Shown here in pieces: positions 31,315 to 43,002 of a stretch of 64,000 nt of DNA; the stretch's first letter is position 1; each line of letters opens with the position of its first letter. The position numbers were made by a program, and so were the translations under genes. The stretch comes from Alphaproteobacteria bacterium. Lineage in GTDB: Bacteria > Pseudomonadota > Alphaproteobacteria > MPNO01 > UBA830. The notes under the pieces were generated by a model. It was not told the origin of the DNA. It did not search any database and saw only the letters and a list, made by a program, of their open reading frames with translations. Where the stretch lies: NCBI GenBank assembly GCA_964291215.2, contig OZ219791.1, positions 1,472,001-1,536,000 of the forward strand, read 5' to 3'.

Positions 31315-32760
31315 ATGGGCAAGAAGGATCCCCCTGCACCTGCGTCCGGCCAGATGTCGGCCGGTCCCCTGGACCGTTCCGCCCCCAACAGCATGTGGGG
31401 CGGGAGGTTCACCAGTGCGCCTGACACGCTCATGGAAGGAATTAACGCATCCATCGGTTTTGACAAGGCCCTGCATGCGCAGGATATCGCCGGTTCGCGC
31501 GCCCACACCGAGATGCTCGCCGCAGCCGGCATCCTCCCGGCCGAGGATGCCGCCGCAATTTGCGCCGGACTCGACCAGATCGTTGCGGAGATCGAGGCCG
31601 GCGAATTCGACTTCCGGACCGAGCTTGAAGACATTCACATGAACATCGAGGCCCGCCTCGGCGAACTCATCGGCGGCGCGGCGGGACGCCTGCATACCGC
31701 GCGTTCCCGCAACGACCAGGTGGCAACCGACCTGCGCCTCTGGCTGCGTGATGCCGTCGATGGATGCGACGCAGCGCTGGCCGCGCTGCAGTCGACCCTC
31801 ATAGACAAGGCCGAGGCGCATGCGGACTGGGTAATGCCGGGCTTCACCCATCTGCAGGCCGCACAGCCGGTGACGGTAGGGCATCACATGCTCGCCTATG
31901 TCGAGATGTTCGGACGCGACCGGGGCCGGCTGGCGGACGCCCGCAAGAGGCTCAACGAATCGCCGCTCGGGGCGGGGGCGCTGGCCGGCACGTCGTTCGC
32001 CATCGACCGGGAGGCGACGGCCTCCGCTCTCGGCTTCGACCGTCCCACTGCGAACTCGCTCGATTCGGTATCGGACCGCGACTTCGTCCTCGAGTTCCTT
32101 GCAGCAGCGACGATATGCGCGGGGCACCTTTCGCGCCTTGGCGAAGAACTCGTGATCTGGTCATCCGCCCAGTTCGGTTTCGCGCGCCTTTCGGATGCCT
32201 TTTCAACCGGAAGTTCCATGATGCCGCAGAAACGGAATCCCGACGCGGCCGAGCTGATCCGCGGCAAGTCCGGACGCATCCTTGGCGCCTTCGTGACCGT
32301 GTTCACTGTCATGAAGGGGCTGCCGCTCGCCTATTCCAAGGATATGCAGGAAGACAAGGAGCCCGTCTTCGATGCCACGGAGACGCTGACCGTCTGCCTT
32401 CAGGTTGCCGCCGCGATGGTTGCTGATCTCAGTTTCGACCGCGACCGGCTCAGCGCGGCTGCCGGGGCGGACAACACGGTAGCAACCGACCTGGCGGACT
32501 GGCTGGTCCGCGAAGGCGGGGTGCCGTTTCGCGACTCACACGCCATTGCCGGCCGCGCAGTGGCGCTGGCCGAAGCGAGGGGATGCAGCCTCGGAGACCT
32601 GCCGCTCGAGGATTTGCAGACAGTCGATGACCGGATAACTGAGGGTGTCTCCGACGTGCTGACCGTGGACAGGTCGGTCACGAGCCGGACGAGCCATGGC
32701 GGCACGGCGCCCGACAACGTGCGCGCACAGGTCGCGGCAGCGCGGGAGCGGTTCCTGTGA
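31315..32760 (+). CDS. argH: Argininosuccinate lyase
   Basis: [36 protein letters not shown]. Start may be 31354. Confidence 0.97.
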   Translation: MGKKDPPAPASGQMSAGPLDRSAPNSMWGGRFTSAPDTLMEGINASIGFDKALHAQDIAGSRAHTEMLAAAGILPAEDAAAICAGLDQIVAEIEAGEFDFRTELEDIHMNIEARLGELIGGAAGRLHTARSRNDQVATDLRLWLRDAVDGCDAALAALQSTLIDKAEAHADWVMPGFTHLQAAQPVTVGHHMLAYVEMFGRDRGRLADARKRLNESPLGAGALAGTSFAIDREATASALGFDRPTANSLDSVSDRDFVLEFLAAATICAGHLSRLGEELVIWSSAQFGFARLSDAFSTGSSMMPQKRNPDAAELIRGKSGRILGAFVTVFTVMKGLPLAYSKDMQEDKEPVFDATETLTVCLQVAAAMVADLSFDRDRLSAAAGADNTVATDLADWLVREGGVPFRDSHAIAGRAVALAEARGCSLGDLPLEDLQTVDDRITEGVSDVLTVDRSVTSRTSHGGTAPDNVRAQVAAARERFL

Positions 32761-32903
32761 CGCGGCCGCCGAGGGTCCTGCTGATCCTGCTTGCAGCGGC
32801 GCTCCTCGCAGCGCAGGCCGCCTGCGGCAAGAGGCCGTCCGAGTTGAAGCACCCGGACGAAAGAGAGGCAACCTATCCGCGAACCTACCCGGCGCCGCGG
32901 TGA
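32757..32903 (+). CDS. Small lipoprotein (not in the ORF track)
   Basis: [33 protein letters not shown]...YPRTYPAPR*; lipobox-like AAC-GK in the usual argH-lysA position. Confidence 0.75.
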   Translation: MTRPPRVLLILLAAALLAAQAACGKRPSELKHPDEREATYPRTYPAPR

Positions 32904-32916
32904 CCGCACCATCGGC

Positions 32917-34191
32917 ATGAGCGGGTTCACATACCGCGGCGGCGTTCTCTGTGCTGACGGACTGGCGATTCCGGACATCGCCGAGGATGTCGGAACACCG
33001 TTCTACTGCTATTCAGCGAACCTGATGAGCGAGGCCTATATCGAGTTCGCGGCGGCGCTCGACGGCCTGCCCGCGGAGATCTGCTACGCCGTCAAGGCCA
33101 ACGACAATCAGGCCGTGATCTCGCTCTTCGCAGGGCTTGGCGCTGGCGCTGACGTGGTCTCGGAAGGCGAACTGCGCCGCGCGCTTGCCGCCGGCATCCC
33201 GGCCGCACGGATCGTGTTTTCGGGAGTGGGCAAGACATCGGCCGAAATCACCGCAGCGCTCAAGGCGGGATGCGGCCAGTTCAATGTCGAATCCGAGGCC
33301 GAACTCGATACCTTGGCGGAACTCGCGGCATCCGGAGACCGGCTGGCCAGCGTCGCAATCCGCGTCAATCCCGACGTCGACGCCGACACCCATCACAAGA
33401 TCTCGACCGGCCGTGCAGGCGACAAGTTTGGCATCGAGTCGGAACGGGTCCCGGAAATCTACCGCCGCGCTCGCGATCTGCCGGGCATCGAGCCCGTCGG
33501 CCTTGCCGTGCATATCGGATCGCAACTCACGAAACTTGACCCGTTCCGCGTTGCCTTCAGGCAACTCGCGCTGATGGTTTTGAGGCTCCGCCATGACGGT
33601 TTCGCCGTCGAGCGCCTTGATCTCGGCGGCGGCTTGGGCGTCGTCTACCGCAACGAGGCGTGCCCGCCCCTGACCGACTACGCGGCGCTGGCCCGCGAGA
33701 TCTTCGCGCCGCTCGACGTATCGCTGACCTTCGAGCCGGGGCGACGCCTGACCGCCGAGGCCGGCATCCTCGTCAGCCGCGTCATCCGGACCAAGGAGAG
33801 CGGAGGCCGCCGTTTTGCGATTGTCGACGCGGCAATGAACGATCTCATCCGGCCGACGCTCTACGACGCCTGGCACGACATCCATCCCGTGCAGGAACCC
33901 GATCCGCGCGCCGAAACCACATCTCTCGATATCGTCGGCCCGGTCTGCGAGACCGGAGACGTGATGGCCACCGGCCGCACGCTACCGCCCCTGCAAGCGG
34001 GGGACCTCATAGCCATCCGGTCGGCAGGCGCCTACGGCGCGGTCATGTCGTCCGCCTACAACTGCCGGCTTCCGGCACCCGAAGTGATGGTCGACGGTGA
34101 CAGGCTTGCTGTGATCCGACCGCGAATCTGCTATACTGACCTGATATCGGCGGATCGGGTTCCCGACTGGGTTATCAGACACCGGGCCTGA
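32917..34191 (+). CDS. lysA: Diaminopimelate decarboxylase
   Basis: YAVKAN, HIGSQL, DLGGGLG, EPGR, GPVCETGD, GAYG. Confidence 0.97.
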   Translation: MSGFTYRGGVLCADGLAIPDIAEDVGTPFYCYSANLMSEAYIEFAAALDGLPAEICYAVKANDNQAVISLFAGLGAGADVVSEGELRRALAAGIPAARIVFSGVGKTSAEITAALKAGCGQFNVESEAELDTLAELAASGDRLASVAIRVNPDVDADTHHKISTGRAGDKFGIESERVPEIYRRARDLPGIEPVGLAVHIGSQLTKLDPFRVAFRQLALMVLRLRHDGFAVERLDLGGGLGVVYRNEACPPLTDYAALAREIFAPLDVSLTFEPGRRLTAEAGILVSRVIRTKESGGRRFAIVDAAMNDLIRPTLYDAWHDIHPVQEPDPRAETTSLDIVGPVCETGDVMATGRTLPPLQAGDLIAIRSAGAYGAVMSSAYNCRLPAPEVMVDGDRLAVIRPRICYTDLISADRVPDWVIRHRA

Positions 34192-34215
34192 CCGGCGATT
34201 TCGGGGAGTGGCGCG

Positions 34216-36735
34216 ATGAACACTCCAGTAGAAAGCAACAGCAAGGCCCCCGCTCGCCCGCGCTCAGCGCGGGTTGGCAGCCGCCTGCTTCTGGCCCGCT
34301 TCGTCCTGGCCTGGGAGAAGATCTGGCAAGCCGTATGGCCGCCCGGCGCGGTCGCCGCTGCCTTCGTTGCCGTTGCGCTTCTCGACGGCTTCTCGTACGT
34401 TCCTGGCTGGTTGCACCTGCTCGCATTGCTGGCGTTTGCAAGTGCCGCCGCATATGCGGCGGTGCGCAGTGTGCGCGGATTCACATGGCCGAGCCGGCAT
34501 CACGCGATGCGCCGCGTGGAGCGTGTCAGCAATCTCGAGAACCGGCCGCTGGAGGCGCTTGAGGACCGGCTGCCGGAGCAGCAACACAGCCCGGAGGCCG
34601 AGATCCTCTGGAATGCCCACCGCGAACAGATGGCACGGCAACTCGGCCAACTTCGCGTCGGCATACCGGCGCCAGGACTGGCAACGCGCGATCCGTGGGC
34701 CGTGCGCGTCGCGCTTGGAGTGATGGTGTTTGTTGGTCTCGCCGTCGCCGGACCGGATGCCGGGCCAAGGCTGGAACGTGCGCTGGCGCCATCGATCAGC
34801 CTCGACGACCGCTCGCTCGAAGCTAAGCTTGAACTCTGGATAACGCCCCCCGCGCATACCCGCCTCGCTCCGGTCTTCCCGTTGCGGGCGGCGGAGGCGA
34901 ATGGCGGCAAGGCTTCCGGGGTCAACGCTACCGCTGCGCCGGATACCAGTCTGCCGTCACCGCCCGAGATCGCCGTCCCCACCGGCAGCGTGCTGACGGC
35001 CACGGTCACTGGCGGGCGCGGCGACGCCGTACTCGATCTGGGCGGAACCAGAGTCCCGTTCGCCACCTCGGGACCGGACAACCGGAAGGTGACGAGAACC
35101 CTCACCAAAGACGGCTTCCTCTCGGTTCTGCTCGACGGCAAGCCTCTCGGCTCATGGACGATCCGCAGCATTCCCGATACGCCGCCCCGCATCGCATTTG
35201 CCGAACCCTCGAAACCCTTCGAGCGCGGAACCCTGCGCATCTCCTACAAGGGCGAGGATGATTACGGCATCACGGAGATCCGTGGCGAAATGCGACGCAC
35301 CTATGAACGGGGCACAGTGATCGGAAAGGAAGTCTCGCACCTGGAGCTCGCCGCACCGCCTGCCGATGCCCGGGAATTCTCGGAGGTCAGCTTTCACGAC
35401 TTTGCTCCGCATCCGTGGGCCGGACTGCCAGTCGTCATCCGTCTCTTCGCCACCGACGCAGCAGGGCAGCGGGGAAATTCGGACGAAGTGATGCTGATGC
35501 TGCCGGAGCGCGAGTTTCGAAAGCCGGTTGCGAAGGAAATCATCGCCGAGCGGCGACGACTGACGACGACGCCCGAAAGGCGCCCGGAAATTATCTCCAA
35601 TATCGGCAGGATCGCGTCGCAACCGAATGCCTACGAGAACGACGGCGTCGTCTTCATGGGCCTTTCCTTTGCGCGTTCGCGTCTGACCCACGAAGAAGGG
35701 GACACCGCCATTCCACCGGTGCGCGACCTTCTCTGGGACACGGCGCTCAGGGTTGAGGACGGCAAACTCTCACATACCGAGCAGGAACTCCTGCAGGCGC
35801 AGGAAGCATTGCGCGAAGCCCTGGCGCGCAACGCTCCCGACGCCGAACTTGAACGCCTGATGCGCGATCTCCGGCGTGCGCTCAACGACTATCTGCGCGA
35901 ACTCAGCCGTCGTCTTGCAGAGATGCCGCCCAACCAGGACGCCATGCTCCTCGATCCCGGGCGAATGATACAGACCCGCGACCTGCAGGAAATGCTGCGC
36001 CGCATCGAGCAGATGATGCGGTCCGGGGCGCGCGACGCGGCCGCGCAGATGCTGGCTCAGCTCCGACAGATGCTTGAGAACCTGCGGAACGCGCGCCTGG
36101 TACCGCTGAACCCCGACGGCGCGGCCGGCAACCGGGCCTTCCGCCAGCTGCAGGAGATGATCCGCAGGCAGGGCCGCCTGATGGACCGCACGTTCCAGCA
36201 ATCCCAGCAGTCCGGTTCCGGACTCCGCGACCGGATCCGGGACGGGCTCAACGAACAGCAGGCGTTGCAGGAAATGCTGCGCCGATTCCGGCAGCTGCTG
36301 GGAGGCAACATGCCGCCGGATGGCCCGGCATCCGGAGCGCTCGACCAGGCCGGACAGGCGATGGGAGAGGCAGCCCGCGCGCTTGGACAGGGGCAGCCGG
36401 GACAGGCTGTCGGCCCGCAGGGACAGGCGATGGAGGCCCTGCGTCGCGCCGGGCAGGGGATGATGCAACAGATGATGAACAGGACCGGGCAGAACGGCAT
36501 GGGCATGCCACAGGGTTTCGGGCTGTTCAATCCCCTCGACATGATGCGCGACCCGCTCGGGCGCGAATGGGAAGAGGGAGAGGGCTCGACCGACATCAGG
36601 CGCGTCAACATTCCGAGCCAGGGGACGATGAAGAGGACTCGCGAGATCATCGAGGAATTGCGCAAGCGCGCCGGACAGCGTCACCGCCCGTCGGATGAGC
36701 TCGACTACATCAACCGGCTGCTTGAGCGTTTCTGA
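34216..36735 (+). CDS. TIGR02302 / DUF4175 family protein
   Basis: N-terminal TMs, RDPWAVR, WITPP, HPWAG, LWDTALRVEDG, RDPLGR, ELDYINRLL; follows lysA. Confidence 0.88.
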   Translation: MNTPVESNSKAPARPRSARVGSRLLLARFVLAWEKIWQAVWPPGAVAAAFVAVALLDGFSYVPGWLHLLALLAFASAAAYAAVRSVRGFTWPSRHHAMRRVERVSNLENRPLEALEDRLPEQQHSPEAEILWNAHREQMARQLGQLRVGIPAPGLATRDPWAVRVALGVMVFVGLAVAGPDAGPRLERALAPSISLDDRSLEAKLELWITPPAHTRLAPVFPLRAAEANGGKASGVNATAAPDTSLPSPPEIAVPTGSVLTATVTGGRGDAVLDLGGTRVPFATSGPDNRKVTRTLTKDGFLSVLLDGKPLGSWTIRSIPDTPPRIAFAEPSKPFERGTLRISYKGEDDYGITEIRGEMRRTYERGTVIGKEVSHLELAAPPADAREFSEVSFHDFAPHPWAGLPVVIRLFATDAAGQRGNSDEVMLMLPEREFRKPVAKEIIAERRRLTTTPERRPEIISNIGRIASQPNAYENDGVVFMGLSFARSRLTHEEGDTAIPPVRDLLWDTALRVEDGKLSHTEQELLQAQEALREALARNAPDAELERLMRDLRRALNDYLRELSRRLAEMPPNQDAMLLDPGRMIQTRDLQEMLRRIEQMMRSGARDAAAQMLAQLRQMLENLRNARLVPLNPDGAAGNRAFRQLQEMIRRQGRLMDRTFQQSQQSGSGLRDRIRDGLNEQQALQEMLRRFRQLLGGNMPPDGPASGALDQAGQAMGEAARALGQGQPGQAVGPQGQAMEALRRAGQGMMQQMMNRTGQNGMGMPQGFGLFNPLDMMRDPLGREWEEGEGSTDIRRVNIPSQGTMKRTREIIEELRKRAGQRHRPSDELDYINRLLERF

Positions 36736-36798
36736 CGCAGACGCTCCAGGCTGGGACCGAATTCGACTTCGGAGGATCAGCGCCGTCCGCGGCCGCTT

Positions 36799-37335
36799 TC
36801 AGAGCGATCGCACAGCGCCGATGTAAGGAAGGCTTCGGTAGCGGTGCGCGAGGTCGATGCCGTAACCGACCACGAAGACGTTCCCGACATCGAAGCCGAC
36901 GAAATCGGCGTCGACCCTGACCTCGCGCCGTTCACGCTTGTCGAGAAGAACACAGCTGTGCACGGCGGACGCGCCCTTGGCGGCGATCAGGTCTACAGCA
37001 AAGGCCAGAGTTCGGCCGGTGTCGAGAATATCGTCGACGACAAGCACAGTCTGGCCGCGCACCTCTTCCGACAGATCGCGGGTGAGTTGCACTTTGCGTG
37101 AACTCTCTGTCTCCGTGCCGTAGCTGGACAGGCTGATGAAATCGACCCGCGGCTGCATGCCGGATCGGTCGAGCGCCCGCAGGAGGTCCGCGGCAAAGAC
37201 GAAGCTGCCCTTGAGGACGACGACGATCAGGACATCCTCCGGCAGGCGGCCGGAAATCTCGGTGGCAAGTTCGTCGACCCGCTGAAATATGGTGTCGGCG
37301 TCGAAAACGACCTCGACGCCGGATTGGTTTGTCAT
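36799..37335 (-). CDS. hpt: Hypoxanthine phosphoribosyltransferase
   Basis: LKGSFVF, VVDDILDTGRTL, FVVGYGID. Confidence 0.95.
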   Translation of the reverse strand: MTNQSGVEVVFDADTIFQRVDELATEISGRLPEDVLIVVVLKGSFVFAADLLRALDRSGMQPRVDFISLSSYGTETESSRKVQLTRDLSEEVRGQTVLVVDDILDTGRTLAFAVDLIAAKGASAVHSCVLLDKRERREVRVDADFVGFDVGNVFVVGYGIDLAHRYRSLPYIGAVRSL

Positions 37336-37459
37336 GCCTGTACTCCCGCAGCCCGCCGCGCGAACCTCGCTGTACGCCGGTCGGGATGGAATCCGGCCGG
37401 TTGAATTGCGGGCCGGCGTCCCACCCCGCCCAAGTGCCGGAAGCGGATGCCGGCGGCAG

Positions 37460-37987
37460 CTATTCGGCAGCGGCCATCACGTTGCCGTCGGCGTCGAGGC
37501 TGAGCCCGGTCTCCTCGGCGCGCCGGAGAACGGATTCGGCCCAGTCCACGCGGCCGGCATCGGTGCCGCCGAGAATCGCCATCAGATAGCCATGGTCGTT
37601 GCCGATGTTGCGGAAACCGCGCATGACGCCAACCGGCACGGAAACCACGTCGAACTGGTCGAGCGTGACCTCGTTTTCGCCCTCGTTGCCCCAGAAGACC
37701 GCCCATCTGCCCGACATGGGAATGAACACCTCGACCGTCGAATGGGCGTGCAGAGCCGCGCCCTTTCCCGGCTCGGCGCCGACATAGGTAATGTTGAATC
37801 CCTCCACCGCCGAGATCGCGGGCTTGAGGTCGGGATCCTCGGTCACACCCTGGCCGATCACGTTGTAGATGTCGCGAATATGTTCGGGAATCCGGGTGTC
37901 GACGAACGCCTGCTTCGACGGTTTCAGCCCGTCGAACCGGGCGACCCTCTCCTCCATCTCCTGCATACTGACACTGACTTTCGCCAT
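37460..37987 (-). CDS. Cupin domain protein
   Basis: LHAHSTVEVF and SVPVGVMRGFRN cupin motifs. Confidence 0.8.
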   Translation of the reverse strand: MAKVSVSMQEMEERVARFDGLKPSKQAFVDTRIPEHIRDIYNVIGQGVTEDPDLKPAISAVEGFNITYVGAEPGKGAALHAHSTVEVFIPMSGRWAVFWGNEGENEVTLDQFDVVSVPVGVMRGFRNIGNDHGYLMAILGGTDAGRVDWAESVLRRAEETGLSLDADGNVMAAAE

Positions 37988-38010
37988 CGTCTCTCTCCCT
38001 TTTCCGGCCG

Positions 38011-39309
38011 TCATCCCGCTCCAAGTCCGATATTGCGCCCGCCATAGCGGCGCAGGCGGAGATCGGCCTGTTCCTTGTGGCCCCAGAATTTCTCGATCGC
38101 ACAAAGCCGCGAACAGTAGTCGCCGACGACGACACTGGCCTTCTCGGTGCATTCCTGCCACGTGCATGTCTTGAGGAACTTCCCGACCCAGAGGCCGCCC
38201 GTGTAGCGCGCCGCGCCCTTGGTCGGCAGCGTGTGGTTGGTGCCGATGACCTTGTCGCCGTAAGAGACGTTGGTTTCGGGCCCGAGGAACAGCGCGCCGT
38301 AGTTGGTCATGCGCTCAAGGAAATAGCGCGGATTCTCTGTCAGCACTTCGACATGCTCGGCGGCGATTCGGTCCCCTTCCGCCACGGCCTCGTCGAGATC
38401 GTCGACGAGGATGATCTCACCGTAATCGCGCCACGCGACGCCGGCCACGTCGGCCGTTGGCAGTTGCGCGAGCTGGCGCTCGATCTCGGCCGGCAGGGCC
38501 TCGGCGAGGGCCGCGGAAGTGGTGACGAGGATCGCCGGCGAGGTCGGGCCGTGTTCGGCCTGTCCGAGGAGATCGGTCGCGATCACCTCGATGTCCGAAC
38601 TGTCGTCTGCGATCACGAGTATTTCCGTAGGACCGGCAAAGAGGTCGATGCCAACACGCCCGTAGAGCTGGCGCTTGGCCTCGGCGACATAGGCGTTCCC
38701 CGGCCCGACCAGCATGTCGACGGGCTCGACGGAATCGGTTCCAAGCGCCATCGCGCCGACGGCCTGTACGCCGCCGAGGAGGTATATCTCGTCGGCCCCG
38801 CCCAGATGCATCGCGGCGATGGTCTCGGCATGGGGCTTGCCGTCGGTCGGCGGCGTGCAGGTGATGATCCGCGGCACACCAGCCACCTGAGCAGTCACCA
38901 CGCTCATGTGCGCCGACGCTACCATGGGATAGCGCCCGCCGGGCACGTAGCAGCCGACCGAACCTACCGGGATGTTGCGGTGTCCTAGCCGCACGCCGGG
39001 CAGCGTCTCGACCTCGACGTCGACCAAGGCGTCGCGCTGGACCTGCGCGAAGTTCCGGACCTGGGCCTGGGCGAACTCGATATCGGCGATGGTGTCTGCC
39101 GGAACCGACGCCACGAGATCCAAAATCTGCTGGTCGGAGAGTCGAAAGCTCTCGGGTGCCCAGCGGTCGAACCGCTCGGAATATTCCCGCACCGCCTCGT
39201 CGCCGCGTGCCTCGATATCGGCGAGGATATCCTCGACCGTTCGCCGCACCCGCGCATCGGCTTCCTTCGATTCGTCCTCGCCGATGCGGGTTTTCAGATG
39301 TGTTGCCAT
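38011..39309 (-). CDS. Histidinol dehydrogenase-family protein, sulfopropanediol 3-dehydrogenase (HpsN)-like
   Basis: [58 protein letters not shown]. Confidence 0.8.
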   Translation of the reverse strand: MATHLKTRIGEDESKEADARVRRTVEDILADIEARGDEAVREYSERFDRWAPESFRLSDQQILDLVASVPADTIADIEFAQAQVRNFAQVQRDALVDVEVETLPGVRLGHRNIPVGSVGCYVPGGRYPMVASAHMSVVTAQVAGVPRIITCTPPTDGKPHAETIAAMHLGGADEIYLLGGVQAVGAMALGTDSVEPVDMLVGPGNAYVAEAKRQLYGRVGIDLFAGPTEILVIADDSSDIEVIATDLLGQAEHGPTSPAILVTTSAALAEALPAEIERQLAQLPTADVAGVAWRDYGEIILVDDLDEAVAEGDRIAAEHVEVLTENPRYFLERMTNYGALFLGPETNVSYGDKVIGTNHTLPTKGAARYTGGLWVGKFLKTCTWQECTEKASVVVGDYCSRLCAIEKFWGHKEQADLRLRRYGGRNIGLGAG

Positions 39310-39349
39310 GCCTTCCGGTCTCCGGACCTCTATCAATTGATCAACCGCG

Positions 39350-40315
39350 CTACTTGATGGCGATCGGATTGATCGGCGATCCGACACCACCGGTGATCGG
39401 CAGCGGCGGCGCGCAGAAGAAGAACTCCCACACCTCGTCACCGGCGCAGTCGTCAGCCAGTTCGCCCATGACGAAGATCTCGCCCATGGTGATGCCGATC
39501 ATCGGAATCACCACCCAGTGCCAAGGCTGCTGGGCATCGTCGGTCTCGTTGGGCCGTACCTCGCACCCCCAGGTATCGCAACAGATGGCGGCAACTTCCT
39601 TGCCGTGAAGCCATTCGGCAGTATCAAACGAGAGCCCGGGCGCATCCCCGCCGGCATAGCCGCCCCAGCCGTTCTTCAGCCGTTCTTCCATCATGCCGGT
39701 GCGCACCAGCAGGAAATCGCCCCGCTTCACCTCTACCCCCTGGGCTTCGGCGCAGGCGTCGAGATCGTCCCGCGAAATTGCATCGCCTTCCTGTAGCGCC
39801 TCGACACCGACATGGCGCGCCATGTCGAGCAGCACGCCGCGGCCCACCATCCGGTCCTTGACTTTCTCGATGCCGTTTTTCTGAGCCCCGCCGGAATCGA
39901 CCAGCGCGGCGTCGTAGCCGTTCCACATCTTGTCGTCATAGAAGATGTGTCCGAGAGCGTCCCACTGCGTACCGCACTGGAGCGGCAGCGAAACCATGTC
40001 GTCGGCATAGCGGATTCCGCCAGCATCTTGGTTGCCGGCAACCGCGTCGGTGCCGGTAGCAAGCATGGTGTGGATCGGGTTGAACCGGCTGCCCCAGAGT
40101 CCAACCTGAGGCCCGTTGCTGTCGAAATTGAGCCCGAGCGAGAAGACCTTGCCCTTCCTGATCAGTCCGGCGGCCGTTATGACATCCGCCGGCTCGATAT
40201 AGTTCAGGGTTCCGGCTTCGTCGTCGGAGCCCCATTTGCCCCAGTTCTTGCATTTTTCCGCAGTCTCGCGGAGAAGTTTCATGTCTAACGTACCGTCGGT
40301 GTGCCTGTGGACCAT
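39350..40315 (-). CDS. Cyclase family (kynurenine formamidase-like) metal hydrolase
   Basis: [42 protein letters not shown]. Confidence 0.87.
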   Translation of the reverse strand: MVHRHTDGTLDMKLLRETAEKCKNWGKWGSDDEAGTLNYIEPADVITAAGLIRKGKVFSLGLNFDSNGPQVGLWGSRFNPIHTMLATGTDAVAGNQDAGGIRYADDMVSLPLQCGTQWDALGHIFYDDKMWNGYDAALVDSGGAQKNGIEKVKDRMVGRGVLLDMARHVGVEALQEGDAISRDDLDACAEAQGVEVKRGDFLLVRTGMMEERLKNGWGGYAGGDAPGLSFDTAEWLHGKEVAAICCDTWGCEVRPNETDDAQQPWHWVVIPMIGITMGEIFVMGELADDCAGDEVWEFFFCAPPLPITGGVGSPINPIAIK

Positions 40316-40427
40316 CGCGCTGCTCCCTGTTCACATTGGCGTTTTCCGCTGCCGCTATATAGGTTGGTAAACACTCGGCATGTCAAGCTGCCGCGGCGGG
40401 CAGGAGACCGAGATAAGGGAGAAACCG

Positions 40428-41213
40428 ATGAACGAGAAGGCGGCGGCAGAGCGACAACTCTCCACCCCGGAAATGCGGCTCGACGGCAAGGTGGCGCTGG
40501 TGACCGGCGCCGGCCGCGGTCTGGGGCGGGCCTGCGCACTGGCGCTTGCGGGTGCCGGCGCCGAGGTTGTGGCGGTCAGCCGCACGGGCGACGAGCTCAA
40601 GGCGCTCGCCGACGAGATCGGCAACGACGGCGGGATCGCCCACGCTCTGGTCTGCGATATTACAAGCCGCAACCAAATCGAGGAAAAGATCGGCGGCCTT
40701 GAACGGGTCGATGTGCTCGTCAACAATGCCGGCACGAACGCGCCGGAGCCCTTCGTCGACGTGTCGGAGGAAAACTACGACCGCGTCATGGAGCTTAACG
40801 TTAAGTCACTCTTTGTCGTGTCTCAGATCGTTGCGCGCGGAATGATCCGCCGCGGCGAAGGCGGCTCGATCATTCACATGTCGTCGCAGATGGGCCATGT
40901 TGGCGCTCCGACGCGGACAGTCTACTGCACCTCTAAGCACGCGGTCGAAGGCCTTACCAAGGCCATGGGGGTTGAACTTGCGCCGCACGGGATCCGGGTC
41001 AACGCCATCGGCCCGACCTTCATCCTGACGCCAATGACGCGACCGTTCTTCGAGAACGGAGATTTCCGGGAAGATACGCTGGCGCGCATCCCGCTAGGCC
41101 GTCTCGGTGAACTCGAAGACATAATGGGGGCCATAGTGTTCCTTGCTTCGCCAGCCTCGGCGCTGATAACCGGTGCGTCGCTCACGATCGACGGCGGATG
41201 GACGGCATGGTGA
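40428..41213 (+). CDS. SDR family oxidoreductase (HpsO-like)
   Basis: TGAGRGLG, NNAG, SSQMGHVG, YCTSK, DGGWTA. Confidence 0.87.
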   Translation: MNEKAAAERQLSTPEMRLDGKVALVTGAGRGLGRACALALAGAGAEVVAVSRTGDELKALADEIGNDGGIAHALVCDITSRNQIEEKIGGLERVDVLVNNAGTNAPEPFVDVSEENYDRVMELNVKSLFVVSQIVARGMIRRGEGGSIIHMSSQMGHVGAPTRTVYCTSKHAVEGLTKAMGVELAPHGIRVNAIGPTFILTPMTRPFFENGDFREDTLARIPLGRLGELEDIMGAIVFLASPASALITGASLTIDGGWTAW

Positions 41214-41310
41214 CCGCTTGTCGGCGGCTGACAGAAACGCTTGAGATGCACGAACGTCGGCCTTGGCCCGGTCATGCGCCGCGATGCTGCGCACCGAGCG
41301 CCGACAAGAC

Positions 41311-41839
41311 GGGTGCAGTTCTCGTATGGCGCATCCAAATCATTGATTTAACACGGTTGTGCGGTTGCGAGGTAGCGGCGAAAACGGGTTTTCGTGACAA
41401 TCGCCCGTTTCGGGACAGGATTTTGTCACGACCCCCGCGGCATCGACAGGGTGATCCGGGCGCTGCGCCACCTTCGCGATACCGCGGCGCCAACGGGCCG
41501 ACATCGACAGGGAACTGTCCTTCTTCCGCAAGCATCGCCACCGCATGCGCTACCACGCGCTGAAGCAACCGGCTCGGGAATTGTCGAGGCGGCAAACAAG
41601 ACCCTCGTCACACAGCGCACGAAACGCTCCTGCATGCGCTGGCGCATCGTCGGCGGACAATCACCTTCCGCGCCCTGCTCGAATCCGGCCGCTTCGAGAG
41701 CACGTGGACGGCCATGATCGGTGCAGACGACGCACCAGCCAACGACAACATCAGCCCAAATCACACCCCGGCACTGGCCGCATGAGATGAACAAATGGTG
41801 GTACTGAGCCTGCAACTGTGCCATACGAGAGTCTCACCC
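41311..41839 (+). mobile_element. ISKra4-derived non-autonomous element, copy A
   Basis: IRs GGGTGCAGTTCTCGTATGGC / GCCATACGAGAGTCTCACCC; exact 8-bp TSD GACAAGAC; fragment GSGIVEAANKTLVTQR.KRS.MRW. Confidence 0.85.
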
Positions 41840-41851
41840 GACAAGACTTCG

Positions 41852-41976
41852 GTAAGCGTTCGGTCACGAGGTGGTCGTTGGTGATTGTCATCGGTTGAGG
41901 ATGCGTATTATCGGCAGATTGTCAGAAGGCTCGGAACCGACCAGAATCAGCCATTACTGTGTGACCGAACGCTTAC
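41852..41976. mobile_element. 125-bp IS66-type MITE
   Basis: Perfect 16-bp IR GTAAGCGTTCGGTCAC / GTGACCGAACGCTTAC; no clean TSD. Confidence 0.8.
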
Positions 41977-42154
41977 CTGATTCGGAGACACGAAATCCGA
42001 ATGCATTGGGGCTCGCGTCATTACAGATCGCCTCCTTGATCGTAATTTTCCGTGCCAAGAAGGCCTCATCGAGCCTTGGCGGCACGATGGCTGCGCAACG
42101 CAGACTGAGAAATCTCGCCAGTTGTCGCTGGATTAGCAGCGTGGGATCACCGTG
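41977..42154. mobile_element. ISAs1-type MITE, copy 3 (left end lost)
   Basis: Homologous to 20254-20431. Confidence 0.82.
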
Positions 42155-42357
42155 CGCAACCCGCGCCAGGCGATCACCGCGCTGGCGCAGGCCGGCGCGG
42201 CCGACAAGACCGTCTTCGTGTTCTCGGCCGACAACGCCCACAATGTCCTGCAACCCGGCGGACTTCATAGACAATCCCGGTCTTTGCACTGGGGGCGGAT
42301 TGCCAGCCCGCGTCAATGTCCGATCGGTCAAGATCACGACGATCCCATGCTAATTCG

Positions 42358-42687
42358 TGCCTGCCCAAAAATGCACGACCGCGCGATTCTATTGGCGAAA
42401 TCGTGATATAGAGGGGACGAAGAATCCCGCTTTGGGACGGGAATTGACCGATCAGACCGGGAATCCGCCGGATTTTCGGAAAACTTCGCGAGAATTGCCA
42501 CGCGAAACGTTATCCGCCCGCAGCCGGAATTGGGCTAGGTTGCGCTGGATTCTCGGTTGGAAGGGCCCTGTGCCGCTGCGAATCGGCAGGAATCCCCCTG
42601 GAAACGGAGCACCCGGAGGCTCCGGGAGTGGATCAAACCCGAAATTTCGCCGGAGGGTCAGCCAAAACGGTCATTTCCGCGCAGGCA
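42358..42687. mobile_element. 330-bp non-coding MITE
   Basis: Imperfect IR TGCCTGCCCAAAAATG / CATTTCCGCGCAGGCA; duplication CTAATTCG on both sides (6-8 bp depending on end choice). Confidence 0.8.
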
Positions 42688-43002
42688 CTAATTCGGAGAC
42701 GCGAAATCCGAAAGCGTTGGGGCTCGCGTCATCGCAGCTCGCCTCCTTGATCGCAATTTTTGTGCCGAGGTATCTACTCACCCCTAGTTGGGTTCTGATT
42801 GGTCGTAGTGCTCGTTGATGATGTCTGCGTCTTTTCCGTCGAGGGCGATCTGGGTGGCGACGAGTGGATTGTAGCCGAGTGCGGCCATGGAGGTGAGGTA
42901 GCTTGGCACCATGCTTTTGCGTGGAGCGGAAGCATCCGGACACCTTGAGCTTTGCCATCCTGATCTTCTGTTCTCCGGCATTGTTGGTGAAGCTGACGTC
43001 GG

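Noticed and set aside
38011-39309. Calling this gene hisD
   Set aside because: Motifs and context fit the HpsN-like branch better; no his genes are adjacent.
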